The translations under genes were made by a program, and so were the position numbers. From Planctomycetota bacterium (lineage in GTDB: Bacteria > Planctomycetota > B15-G4), in assembly GCA_038212275.1 (NCBI GenBank), contig JBBQUR010000008.1, forward strand, positions 1 through 64,000: a stretch of 64,000 nt of DNA, written 5' to 3'. How positions within the stretch are numbered: position 1 is the first letter of the stretch; each line of letters opens with the position of its first letter. The notes under the pieces are model-generated. The model saw only the letters and a list, made by a program, of their open reading frames with translations. It did no database searches and had not been told where the DNA came from. Below, piece by piece: positions 1 through 8,530 of this stretch.

Positions 1-1
1 G

Positions 2-100
2 AACTACGTCATCGCGACACTGGGCGTGTACCTCAGCCTGTACAACGTTTTCCAGAACCTCCTGGTGCTGCTCGGCGTGTTCGGCGGGCGCGACGAGTAA
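2..100 (+). CDS. yccA: Bax inhibitor-1/YccA family membrane protein, 3' end only
   Basis: Frame 2 reads NYVIATLGVYLSLYNVFQNLLVLLGVFGGRDE*, matching the BI-1/YccA C-terminal helix (NY..AT..LYL..YN.F..LL). Confidence 0.85.
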   Translation, partial: NYVIATLGVYLSLYNVFQNLLVLLGVFGGRDE

Positions 101-151
101 CCTGCGGCGATCCGGGGTTGCTTCACGCTTCCCAGCCTTCCGCGCCATCCC

Positions 152-1645
152 TCAGAACGCGAACCCCACGCCCAGGTTCAGCGAGTTGCCCAGCGTGAAG
201 TGCTCGTCGGCGTCCGGCAGCTTGTGCTGGCGGTAGTCGCGGTAGTCGGCCTTCAGCACGATGCCTTCGCCGATGAACAGGCTGGCGCCCACCGTCACGA
301 TCTTCTCGTCCGGCTGCTTGATGCCGCCGGCCGCCACCGGCAGCGCGCCGAAGCCCGCCGCGGTGTTCAGCACCTCGTAGCGCGCGAACGGCGTCAGCCT
401 GTAGTCGCCGGCCAGCGGGATGTTGTACGCGGCCTGCACGTAGCCGCCGTAGAACAGGTGCGGCACCAGCGTCGGCGAGGCGAACTCGCCCGTGGACAGT
501 TGCTCGTTGAAGCGCGTGGCGCCGTTGATCTGGCCGCGCACGGCCTCGGCCGCCAGGTCAAGCCCGCCGACCTGGTAGCGGGCGTGGCCCTCCACCATGA
601 ACAGCTTGGCGCCGTTGCCGGCGAAGCTGGCCTGGCTCTGGCCGATGTTGTCGAACACCACGGAGCCGCCGAGCCACAGGCCCGGAACGCCGCGCCAGTT
701 GAGCGCCGCCACGGTGCCGAACGTGCGCGCGGCCGCGAACTGGCCTTCGCCGTGGATGGACTGCAGCGGGCCGCGGTCGCGCGCCTCGGTGGAGCTCGCG
801 TCCCAGCCGGACAGGTTCGGCGCGGTGGTGACGGCGACGTCCCAGTTCACGCCGTTGCCCAGGTCGCCATTGAGTCCCAGGCCCACTTCGCGCCAGGTGC
901 TGGGGATGATTTTGGTGTCGGTGTCCGGACGATAGACGCCGTAGTAGGCCGTCGGCTCGTGATACTGGTTGAGCAGGCCCACGGGCATCAGGAACAGGCC
1001 GGCGCGGCCTTTGACGCCGTTGTCGAACTCGCGCTCCACCCACAGCTGTTCCACCTCGGACTCGCCCGAGTCGTCGGCCGAGGTGATGGCGTGTTCCCAT
1101 TCCCATTCGGCCACCATCTTCGTGCGGTCGTCGAAGCGATGCTGCATGCCGATGACGGCGCGCTGCACGTCGGCGTTGGACGCGCCGACGTCCTTGGTGG
1201 GGCGGCTGTAGCCGATCTCGCCGTAGCTCGACACGGTGGTGTTGGCGGCCCAGCCGGCACGCTGGGTGGCGCTGGTGTTGGCGGCCACGGCCTGCTGCGT
1301 GGCGGCCACGTTGGCGGCGTCGGCCTTGACCGCGGCCTGGTCCTGCGCCACGGCGGTGGCCTGGGACTGGATCTGCGCCGACTGCTGCCGCACGAGGGCG
1401 GCCTGCTGCGTCGACTGGGTGACCTGCGCCGCCTGCGCGTCTTCGAGCTTCGACACCTTGTCGGCCAACGACCTGTTCTGCGCCACGAGCGCGTCGATCT
1501 TCTTCTCGAGGTCGGCCAGCGTGGCGGACTCCTCGGGGGTCTTCTTCTTCGGCGCGGCGGCCGCCTGGCCGCTGGCCAGGAGCATGCAGGCGAGGCCGGC
1601 CGAGGCCAGCGCGATCGTCAGGGGGCGGAGCTTGGGGGCGTGCAT
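152..1645 (-). CDS. Outer-membrane porin-like protein (OprO/P-like barrel with N-terminal coiled coil)
   Basis: Signal peptide (MHAPKLRPLTIALASAGLACMLLASGQAAA), Q/A-rich coiled coil, YGEIGY, EWEHA..GESEVEQ, GLFLMPVGLLNQYHEP..IIPSTWRE, and terminal GVGFAF beta-signal; start taken at ATG 1645. Confidence 0.75.
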   Translation of the reverse strand: MHAPKLRPLTIALASAGLACMLLASGQAAAAPKKKTPEESATLADLEKKIDALVAQNRSLADKVSKLEDAQAAQVTQSTQQAALVRQQSAQIQSQATAVAQDQAAVKADAANVAATQQAVAANTSATQRAGWAANTTVSSYGEIGYSRPTKDVGASNADVQRAVIGMQHRFDDRTKMVAEWEWEHAITSADDSGESEVEQLWVEREFDNGVKGRAGLFLMPVGLLNQYHEPTAYYGVYRPDTDTKIIPSTWREVGLGLNGDLGNGVNWDVAVTTAPNLSGWDASSTEARDRGPLQSIHGEGQFAAARTFGTVAALNWRGVPGLWLGGSVVFDNIGQSQASFAGNGAKLFMVEGHARYQVGGLDLAAEAVRGQINGATRFNEQLSTGEFASPTLVPHLFYGGYVQAAYNIPLAGDYRLTPFARYEVLNTAAGFGALPVAAGGIKQPDEKIVTVGASLFIGEGIVLKADYRDYRQHKLPDADEHFTLGNSLNLGVGFAF

Positions 1646-1720
1646 CGTGAGGACTTTCTCTTGTTGATTCATGAGGCGGAGGCCGTCGGCGGCCCCTACC
1701 GTGCGTGGGGCGTGCATGGG

Positions 1721-3130
1721 TTACGGCGCCGGGTAGCGCAGCACGCCGAACAGGCCGTCGGCCTCGTCGTTGGGCGCGGACGCGAAGTACAGGGCGTTGG
1801 CGTCGCCGAGCGTGTCGCCGTTGCCGAAGGTCATGCCCCAGATGCCGGCGATCAACAGCGGCGTGCCATCGGGATTGCGGGCCACGTTGACGGCGCGGCG
1901 CGAGCCGGTGTCGAAGGCGGTGATGGCGCCCTTGTCGCCGCCGTCGTCGTAGTCGCCGAAGTTGCCCACCAGCAGCGTGTTGGACAGCCCGCCGAAGTCG
2001 GCCGGCGCCAGCGCGATGCCCCACGGGGCGTTGAGCGTGCCGCCGTCGTTCCAAACGGCCACCAGCTTGCCGTCGAGGTCGAACTCGGCCAGCCGGCCGG
2101 CGCCCGGCGCGTGCACCTCGTTGGCGGGCCACGGCGTGCCCACCGGCTGGGCGGGATCCTGCTGCACCTGCGCGAACATCACGAACAGGTGGGTGCCTAC
2201 CAGCTGGATGTTCCAGGGCACGACGTCGCCGGCCACGACGTGTGCCGCGTCGGCCGCGAACGGGTTGGTGAACGCGTGGCCGCCGTTGACCGTGCTCGTG
2301 ATCTCCTGCAGCCTGCCGTCGCCTCCCAGCGTCTTGTCGAACACGCGGATGCGGAAGCTCTGCGACACGCTGGCGATGGCCGGGGCGTTGTTGCAGGCGG
2401 CGCGGGTGTCGCGGCCGAAGTCGGCGGCGTACAGGCGGTCGGACGTCGGGCTGATGGCCAGTCCGTAGAACTGGCCGCAGTCGGTGCTGTCGTCACGAGT
2501 GTCGAACACCTTGACGGCGGTGTCGGCGCGGTCGTAGCCGCTGCCGTCGGCGTGCTTGCGTTCCGTCCACGCGTAGATGGCGCCGAAGTTGGTGGCGAAC
2601 AGGAACTTGGCGCCCGCCGTGATCGACGTCGTGTTGGCGCTGGGGGCCGAAGGCGTCTGCGTGATGACGAAGCTGGTGGCCGTGCCGTTGAACACGACGC
2701 CGGTGGAATGGTTGTTGGCGATGTCGGGGTTGCCGGTGGCGATGTCCACCGGCCAGCCGGGGAAGGTCACCGTGTTGGCGGCCAGCGGCGCCAGGTCGGC
2801 GCACAGCGCGCCGGCGGTGGTGCAGGGCGCCACGGTCTTGCCGGTGACGTCGCCCACGTACTCGTAGGTCTTGTTGCCCGCCACCACCCAGAAGTGGCCC
2901 GGGATGCCGGCCGGGCGGATCGCGATGCCCCAGGCGTCCTGGAAGGCCGGGTCGGCGGCCAGCGTGGGCGAGTACGCGGCCGCGTCGTTGGCGACGAACG
3001 GCGTCATCACGTACGAGTCGGCGCGTTGGTGACCGGAGTCGGTGGGACTGCCGCCCCCGCCGCAGGCGGACAGCCAGAGCGCCGCCGCGAGGGCGGTGGT
3101 GGTGCGTGAGAAGCGGGCAATGCGGGCCAT
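1721..3130 (-). CDS. TIGR03118 family beta-propeller lipoprotein
   Basis: Lipobox LSAC-GGGG; motifs AWGIAI, LNAPWGIALAPADFG, LLVGNFGD, GIWGMTFGNG, LYFASAPNDEADGLFG. Confidence 0.8.
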   Translation of the reverse strand: MARIARFSRTTTALAAALWLSACGGGGSPTDSGHQRADSYVMTPFVANDAAAYSPTLAADPAFQDAWGIAIRPAGIPGHFWVVAGNKTYEYVGDVTGKTVAPCTTAGALCADLAPLAANTVTFPGWPVDIATGNPDIANNHSTGVVFNGTATSFVITQTPSAPSANTTSITAGAKFLFATNFGAIYAWTERKHADGSGYDRADTAVKVFDTRDDSTDCGQFYGLAISPTSDRLYAADFGRDTRAACNNAPAIASVSQSFRIRVFDKTLGGDGRLQEITSTVNGGHAFTNPFAADAAHVVAGDVVPWNIQLVGTHLFVMFAQVQQDPAQPVGTPWPANEVHAPGAGRLAEFDLDGKLVAVWNDGGTLNAPWGIALAPADFGGLSNTLLVGNFGDYDDGGDKGAITAFDTGSRRAVNVARNPDGTPLLIAGIWGMTFGNGDTLGDANALYFASAPNDEADGLFGVLRYPAP

Positions 3131-3170
3131 GTCTTTCCTCTTTGGTTTCATGTTGTTTAAGTGAAGCGCA

Positions 3171-3187
3171 AATGCGACGTATTCGCA
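3171..3187. promoter_or_regulatory. Fur-box-like operator upstream of the TIGR03118-porin operon
   Basis: AATGCGACGTATTCGCA in an AT-rich patch; identical to 3770-3786; resembles the AATGAGAATnATTCTCATT-type Fur box. Confidence 0.6.
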
Positions 3188-3262
3188 GAACCCAGGTGAG
3201 CGGCCCTGATGGTCTTGGCGATGCGGTCGCCCCCGGCATGCGAGATCCGCGTTTCAGGGCGG

Positions 3263-3643
3263 CTAAATGGCCTGGGCCAACCCTTGCAGGAAGCCCGGCA
3301 CGCAGGTCTTGTCGAGCTGAAGACATCGCACGCCAAGCCGCGCACGATGCGACTGCACTGCCTGGCAGGCGCTCTGGTTGGCGAAGGCGGGTTGCAGGAT
3401 CACGAGATCGGCGTCCATCAGCGCACTCCGAAGCGCCGCGAGCCCGACGGAGGTGCCGTCGACATGGGTGAATCGCCCGCCTGCCCGCTCCACCAGCTCG
3501 CGGTACACCGGCACCTGGCGGGCGCGTCCGCCGACGCAAGGCACGCGCCGGGCGACCAGCGAAGCCGGCGCGGGCGAGGTGAGCAGGTCGCGGGCGGCGG
3601 CCGGCGCGGTCTCCCTGACCAGGAGCTCGCCACGCGGCCGCAT
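3263..3643 (-). CDS. DUF2325 domain protein
   Basis: CVGGR...YRELVERAGGRFTHVDG...ADLVI...ACQAV pattern of DUF2325; start uncertain. Confidence 0.7.
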   Translation of the reverse strand: MRPRGELLVRETAPAAARDLLTSPAPASLVARRVPCVGGRARQVPVYRELVERAGGRFTHVDGTSVGLAALRSALMDADLVILQPAFANQSACQAVQSHRARLGVRCLQLDKTCVPGFLQGLAQAI

Positions 3644-3769
3644 CCGCGACAGGCGGCGCGGGTGGCGCTCGGCGGGGCGGCGGGGCGGCGGGTCATGCGC
3701 TGCGGCGAACCGGAGTGGCCGGAAGGGAGGGGCGAGGCGTAACGGGGAGGCAGCTCATGCAATGAGTGT

Positions 3770-3788
3770 AATGCGACGTATTCGCATT
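3770..3788. promoter_or_regulatory. Fur-box-like palindrome upstream of the DUF2325 gene
   Basis: AATGCGA-CGTAT-TCGCATT, a perfect 7-5-7 inverted repeat of 19 bp. Confidence 0.65.
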
Positions 3789-3833
3789 CTCAGGTGCCGA
3801 CCACGAACAAGGGGCCACGAAGACGGCTTCGGC

Positions 3834-4331
3834 TCACACCCCGTCGGGCGGCGTCTCCTGGCGCAACGCCTCGAAGCGGGCGCGATACTCCGAGCGCAGC
3901 ACACGGCGCAGCTCCGCCGTGGCGAAGCGCCGGCGCTCGTCGGCCGTCCTGGGCTCGAGCGGCGGCACGGCCACCGGCTTGCGGTCGTCGTCGAGCGCCA
4001 CCATGGTGAAGAAGCAGCTGTTGGCGTGGCGCACGCGCTGGGTGCGGATCTCCTCGGCCATCACCTTGATGCCCACTTCCATCGAGCTGGTGCCGGTGTG
4101 GTTGACCGATGCGAGGAAGGTGACCAGCTCGCCCACGTGAATGGCCTCGCGGAACATCACCTGGTCCACCGACAGCGTGACCACGTAGCGCCCCGCGTAA
4201 CGGGCCGCGCAGGCGTAGGCCACCTGGTCGAGCAGCTTCAGGATCGTGCCGCCGTGCACGTTGCCCGAGAAGTTGGCCATGTCGGGCGTCATCAGCACCG
4301 TCATCGAGAGTTGGTGTTTCAGGGAGTCCAT
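3834..4331 (-). CDS. Acyl-CoA thioesterase (hotdog, YciA-like)
   Basis: MTVLMTPDMANFSGNVHGGTILKLLDQVAYACA...VVTLSVD...TGTSSMEVG. Confidence 0.92.
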   Translation of the reverse strand: MDSLKHQLSMTVLMTPDMANFSGNVHGGTILKLLDQVAYACAARYAGRYVVTLSVDQVMFREAIHVGELVTFLASVNHTGTSSMEVGIKVMAEEIRTQRVRHANSCFFTMVALDDDRKPVAVPPLEPRTADERRRFATAELRRVLRSEYRARFEALRQETPPDGV

Positions 4332-4348
4332 GCGGGCGCCTTCGGTTG

Positions 4349-5098
4349 TCAGTCTTGTGGCGGGGCCACCGTGGCGCCCGCGACGGCATGGCGGGCCATG
4401 GCCTCGGCGACGAAGCCCGAGGCCTTCATCTCCTCGATGAACGCGGCCAGCGCGGCCTCGGCGGCCGGTCCGCGGCGGCGCGCGAGGCCCATGGCCTGGC
4501 GGATCACCATGAAGTGGCCCGGGAGCACGCGCAGGCCCGGAGTGCGCTGCGCCACCTCCAACAGCACCTGGCGGATGCCGCCGGCCACGTCGGCGCCGCC
4601 GGCGGCGAGCGTCTGCACCACCTCGGACGCGCCGGGCACGCGCAGGAGGGCGGCCGCATTGAGCTCGCGGGTGAGGAACAGGTCGTACGCGCTGCCCTTG
4701 CCGACGACGACGGTGGTGCCCGCGCGGTCGACGTCCTCGTTGGCCTGGCAGGGCGAGTCGTCGCGCACCAGGTAAGCGCCTGATATCAGGAGGTAGGCGT
4801 CGGTGAACGCGATCTCGGCGCCGCGCAGCGGGTCGATGGCGAAGAAGCCGACGTCGGCCGAGCCGGCGGTGACGGCGTCCACCGACTTCGTCGCCGCGGG
4901 AAACCTGAGGGTCTCGAGCGGAACGCCCAGCCGCGCGGCCAGCGCACGCGCCAGGTCGACCGACACCCCGCGCGGCTCGCCCGTGGCCGGGTCGGTGCCG
5001 GCCAGGATGGGATTGCCGAGGTTGATGGACGCGCGCAGGCGGCCGCCGGGGGCCAGCAGCGCGATGGTGGCGGCATCGGGTTCGAATCGCTTGCTCAT
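4349..5098 (-). CDS. Substrate-binding protein family 3 (ABC-type), no signal peptide
   Basis: LAPGGRLRASINLGNPILA, GVSVDLA, FFAIDPLRG..I.FT.AY, GSAYDLFL, EEMKASGFVA. Confidence 0.8.
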   Translation of the reverse strand: MSKRFEPDAATIALLAPGGRLRASINLGNPILAGTDPATGEPRGVSVDLARALAARLGVPLETLRFPAATKSVDAVTAGSADVGFFAIDPLRGAEIAFTDAYLLISGAYLVRDDSPCQANEDVDRAGTTVVVGKGSAYDLFLTRELNAAALLRVPGASEVVQTLAAGGADVAGGIRQVLLEVAQRTPGLRVLPGHFMVIRQAMGLARRRGPAAEAALAAFIEEMKASGFVAEAMARHAVAGATVAPPQD

Positions 5099-5290
5099 CG
5101 GGATATTCTCCACGCATCCGCCGCAGGCCCGGCGCCGTATTGAACCTATGCCGCCCGGCGGGGTCATAAACGCTGCACCGGGACGACTCAGCCTCGTGCA
5201 TCGCAAGATCCGGTCCGCGGCCCCGCCGTGTAAGGAACCCGGGCCTCCCGACGACAGACTCTCATCCCGCAACGACTTCCGGACCCCGCC

Positions 5291-6307
5291 ATGACTTTCG
5301 CCCGCCGATCCGCCCTCCTGTCCGGCGCCCGCCTGCTGCTGGGCGGCAGCCTGGCCGCGCTGGCCTCAGCCTGCAGCCGCGCCGGCGCCGCCACGCCCGC
5401 GCCCGCCCAACACTTCGAGGTCGAGATGACCGACGAGCAGTGGAAGGCCAGGCTGCAGCCGCGCGCCTACGCGGTGCTGCGCCACGAGGGCACCGAGGTG
5501 CCGTTCACGAGTCCGCTCAACGACGAGCATCGCAAGGGCACCTTCACCTGCGCCGGCTGCGCGCTGGCGCTGTTCGCCTCGCAGACCAAGTTCGACAGCG
5601 GCACCGGCTGGCCCAGCTTCTGGCAGCCGCTACCCGACGCCGTCAACCAGCGCGTCGACAACTCGATCGGCATGACGCGCGACGAGGTGCACTGCCGCCG
5701 TTGCGGCGGCCACCTGGGCCATGTGTTCGACGACGGCCCGAAGCCCACCGGCCTGCGCTACTGCCTGAACTCCGCGTCGCTCGTCTTCACGCCGAAGACG
5801 CGCCTCGCCACGGAGCCGGAGCTGGCGCACCAGCGCTCGGTGGCGGTCTTCGCGGCGGGCTGCTTCTGGGGCGTCGAGGAAACCTTCCGCTCCACGCCCG
5901 GCGTGCTGGCCACCGCGGTCGGCTACACCGGCGGCGCGACGGACAAGCCCACCTACAAGGAGGTCTGCACCGACACGACCGGGCATGCCGAGGCCGTGCG
6001 CGTGGAGTACGACCCGCAGCTGGTGAGCTACGAGCAGCTGCTCATGATCTTCTTCCTGAATCACGACCCGACGCAGGTCAATCGACAGGGCCCGGACTTC
6101 GGCAAGCAGTACCGCAGCGGCATCTTCGTGCGCAGCGAGGAACAGCGCGCCGAGGCGCAGGCCGTCAAGGACGAGCTGCAGAAGAGCGGCCGCTTCGTGC
6201 GGCCCATCGCCACGGAAATCACGCCGGCCGGCGAGTTCTTCATGGCCGAGGACTACCACCAGCAGTACCTGGCCAAGCGCGGACTCTCGCATTGCAGCAC
6301 GCCGTGA
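5291..6307 (+). CDS. msrAB: Peptide methionine sulfoxide reductase MsrB-MsrA fusion with Tat-like signal
   Basis: RR signal; Msr[34 protein letters not shown]; Msr[29 protein letters not shown]. Confidence 0.92.
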   Translation: MTFARRSALLSGARLLLGGSLAALASACSRAGAATPAPAQHFEVEMTDEQWKARLQPRAYAVLRHEGTEVPFTSPLNDEHRKGTFTCAGCALALFASQTKFDSGTGWPSFWQPLPDAVNQRVDNSIGMTRDEVHCRRCGGHLGHVFDDGPKPTGLRYCLNSASLVFTPKTRLATEPELAHQRSVAVFAAGCFWGVEETFRSTPGVLATAVGYTGGATDKPTYKEVCTDTTGHAEAVRVEYDPQLVSYEQLLMIFFLNHDPTQVNRQGPDFGKQYRSGIFVRSEEQRAEAQAVKDELQKSGRFVRPIATEITPAGEFFMAEDYHQQYLAKRGLSHCSTP

Positions 6308-6458
6308 GCCTGCGCCGCGCGGCGCGCTGAGGCCCGCGGCAGGACAGGCCGAGGGCTGCGTGTCGAGCGGCGCGTGGCCGCCCCCGCCGACGCGGGGCTC
6401 GTGACCGGAGCGGGTGGCGGACTACAATCCCCGCCCCCTCGCCCGTTGGAGCACGCCC

Positions 6459-7136
6459 ATGACCGCCGGTGGCCACGACCTGCTTTCCGTGATGCTGACG
6501 TCGCGCGACATGAAGCGCGCCGTGAGCTTCTACCGCGACACGCTGGGCTTCGTCGTCGAGGCTGCGTGGCCCGACGACAAGCAGCCGATGTGGGCGAACC
6601 TGCAGCTCGGCCGCCAGTCCATCATGCTGGGCGCGATGATGGCGCCTGAGGACGCCGTCAAGATGTGCGGCGGCGACGAAGGCGCGCGGGTCTACATGGA
6701 GACGCTGGCAAAGGAGTTCGCCGCCAACCGCAACGGCGTCGGCGTCGTGATCTACATCGGCGTGGACGACGTGGACAGTTTTCACGCCGGCCTCGTGAAG
6801 AAGGGCCTGAAGAACCTGCCCGCACCCAAGTCGCAGTTCTACGGCATCCGCGACTTCGCCCTCGAGGATCCGGACGGCTACCGGCTGATCATCTACACGG
6901 CCATCAAGATGGCCAACTGCCAGTCCTGCGGCATGCCGCTGGCCGATGCCGCGCCGGGCCAGATGTACTGCGCCTGTTGTCTCGACGAGAAGGGAATGTT
7001 GAGGCCGTACGAGGTGGTGCTCGAGGGCACGACCACCGGCTACTTCATGCACATGCAGAAGCTGCCGCGCGATCAGGCCGAGAAGGCCGCACACGAACAC
7101 CTGTCGAAAATGCCCGCCTGGGTGTCGAGGAAGTGA
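6459..7136 (+). CDS. VOC/glyoxalase protein fused to a C-terminal zinc-ribbon domain
   Basis: AVSFYRDTLGF, VDDVD, FYGIRDFALEDPDGYRL; then CQSCGMPL...YCACC. Confidence 0.75.
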   Translation: MTAGGHDLLSVMLTSRDMKRAVSFYRDTLGFVVEAAWPDDKQPMWANLQLGRQSIMLGAMMAPEDAVKMCGGDEGARVYMETLAKEFAANRNGVGVVIYIGVDDVDSFHAGLVKKGLKNLPAPKSQFYGIRDFALEDPDGYRLIIYTAIKMANCQSCGMPLADAAPGQMYCACCLDEKGMLRPYEVVLEGTTTGYFMHMQKLPRDQAEKAAHEHLSKMPAWVSRK

Positions 7137-8443
7137 TGCTCGAAACACTGCTCAGGCGTGCCGCGCTCGCTCTCGCCGGCGTCGCACCCGCGCTCCCTGC
7201 CGCGGCACTCGTCCCTCCGGCGCCAGCCTCGCCGCACGCCGTCGCGGCGCCGGCGCCGCTCGCCGACACGCCCGATGTCGTGACGCTGGCCAAGGGCTCG
7301 CCGCTCAAGGGCCGCGTCGTCTATGAGGACAAGGACATGCTCCTGCTGCGCGTCGGCACGAAGGAGAAGCAGATCGCGCAGGCCGACATCACCGCGGTGG
7401 AGAGCATCACGCGCAGCCTGAACGAACTGCTCGACAAGCTCGGCGCGCTGGACAGCGGCATGACCAGCCAGGCGCAGGTGGCCGGGCTGCTCGAGCTCGC
7501 GAAGTTCGCGGCGGCCAACGACCTCCCCGGCGAAGCGCGACTGCTCTTCCTGCGCGTGCTGCTGGAAGATCCGGCGAACGCCGAGGCCAACGCCGCCCTC
7601 GGCAACCGCCAGAAGGACGGCAAGTTCACCTTCACGCACAACAAGCGCAACTACTCCACCACCGAGCTGGCCAGCCTCGGCAAGGACTGGGGCGACCGCT
7701 GGACGCTCGAGACCACGCACTACAAGCTGCTCAGCAACCTTGACCTCCCCACCGCGATCGACGCGGCCTTCGACCTCGAACGCGAGTACCGCGCCTTTTA
7801 CGGCCTGCTCCAGGAGCACCTGCGCCTGCTCGACATCGTCGAGGAGAAGATGCTCGTGCAGCTTCACGGCGACAAGGGCAGCTACCCCGAACCGGGTGAC
7901 GGGCGCAGCGGCTACTACGACAAGGAGTCGTTCTCGCTGATCGTCGACGGCTCGTCCGGACTCGACCGGGGCACGCTGGCCCACGAAGGCTCGCACCAGA
8001 TCGTGTTCGTCACGACGCAGCGCACGCGCGGCGCCAAGGGTGAGGTGCCCGCATGGCTGGACGAAGGACTGGGCGAGTACTTCAAGGCTGCGCTGAACGG
8101 CAGGGCCGGCCACGCGAGTTTCAACTTCGGCACGCCCGCGCCGGAACACTTCAAGCACATGAAGCAGGCCGACAAGCTGCTCGACCTCAACCGCGTGCTC
8201 ACCTTCGAAGCCACCGACTTCCTGGTGTCCACCGACGGGGCGCTCAAGTACGCCGAGAGCTGGGCGCTGCTGCAGTACGGCCTGCATGGCGCCGACGGCA
8301 TCTACCGCGACGCGACGATGGAGTTCATCAAGCGCGCCTGGCAGGGCAAGTCCTCGATGAGCGACTTCAAGAAATGCATCGAGCCCGTGGACCTGGCCGA
8401 CTTCGAGAAGGCCTACTTCGCCTGGGCCGAGAAAAACGCCTGA
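7136..8443 (+). CDS. Secreted DUF1570-type zincin-like protein
   Basis: Signal peptide; LAHEGSHQ (HExxH), PAWLDEGLGEYF, YAESWAL; ATG overlaps the upstream TGA. Confidence 0.75.
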   Translation: MLETLLRRAALALAGVAPALPAAALVPPAPASPHAVAAPAPLADTPDVVTLAKGSPLKGRVVYEDKDMLLLRVGTKEKQIAQADITAVESITRSLNELLDKLGALDSGMTSQAQVAGLLELAKFAAANDLPGEARLLFLRVLLEDPANAEANAALGNRQKDGKFTFTHNKRNYSTTELASLGKDWGDRWTLETTHYKLLSNLDLPTAIDAAFDLEREYRAFYGLLQEHLRLLDIVEEKMLVQLHGDKGSYPEPGDGRSGYYDKESFSLIVDGSSGLDRGTLAHEGSHQIVFVTTQRTRGAKGEVPAWLDEGLGEYFKAALNGRAGHASFNFGTPAPEHFKHMKQADKLLDLNRVLTFEATDFLVSTDGALKYAESWALLQYGLHGADGIYRDATMEFIKRAWQGKSSMSDFKKCIEPVDLADFEKAYFAWAEKNA

Positions 8444-8445
8444 GC

Positions 8446-8530
8446 CTCAGGGGAGGCCGAGGCTCACGGGAGGCCGAGGCTCACGGGAAGCTGAAGCTCA
8501 GTGCAAACCAAAGCTCAGGGGAAGATGCCC
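8446..8530. repeat. Five degenerate 17-bp tandem units; the last is the gdh 3' end
   Basis: CTCAGGGGAGGCCGAGG / CTCACGGGAGGCCGAGG / CTCACGGGAAGCTGAAG / CTCAGTGCAAACCAAAG / CTCAGGGGAAGATGCCC. Confidence 0.75.

Noticed and set aside
200..3109. 969-aa plus-strand ORF
   Set aside because: Antisense shadow of the porin and TIGR03118 genes; R/G/V-rich with no motifs, as expected at this GC content.
8446..8530. Possible CRISPR mini-array
   Set aside because: Units are contiguous 17-mers with no spacers, and there are no cas genes.
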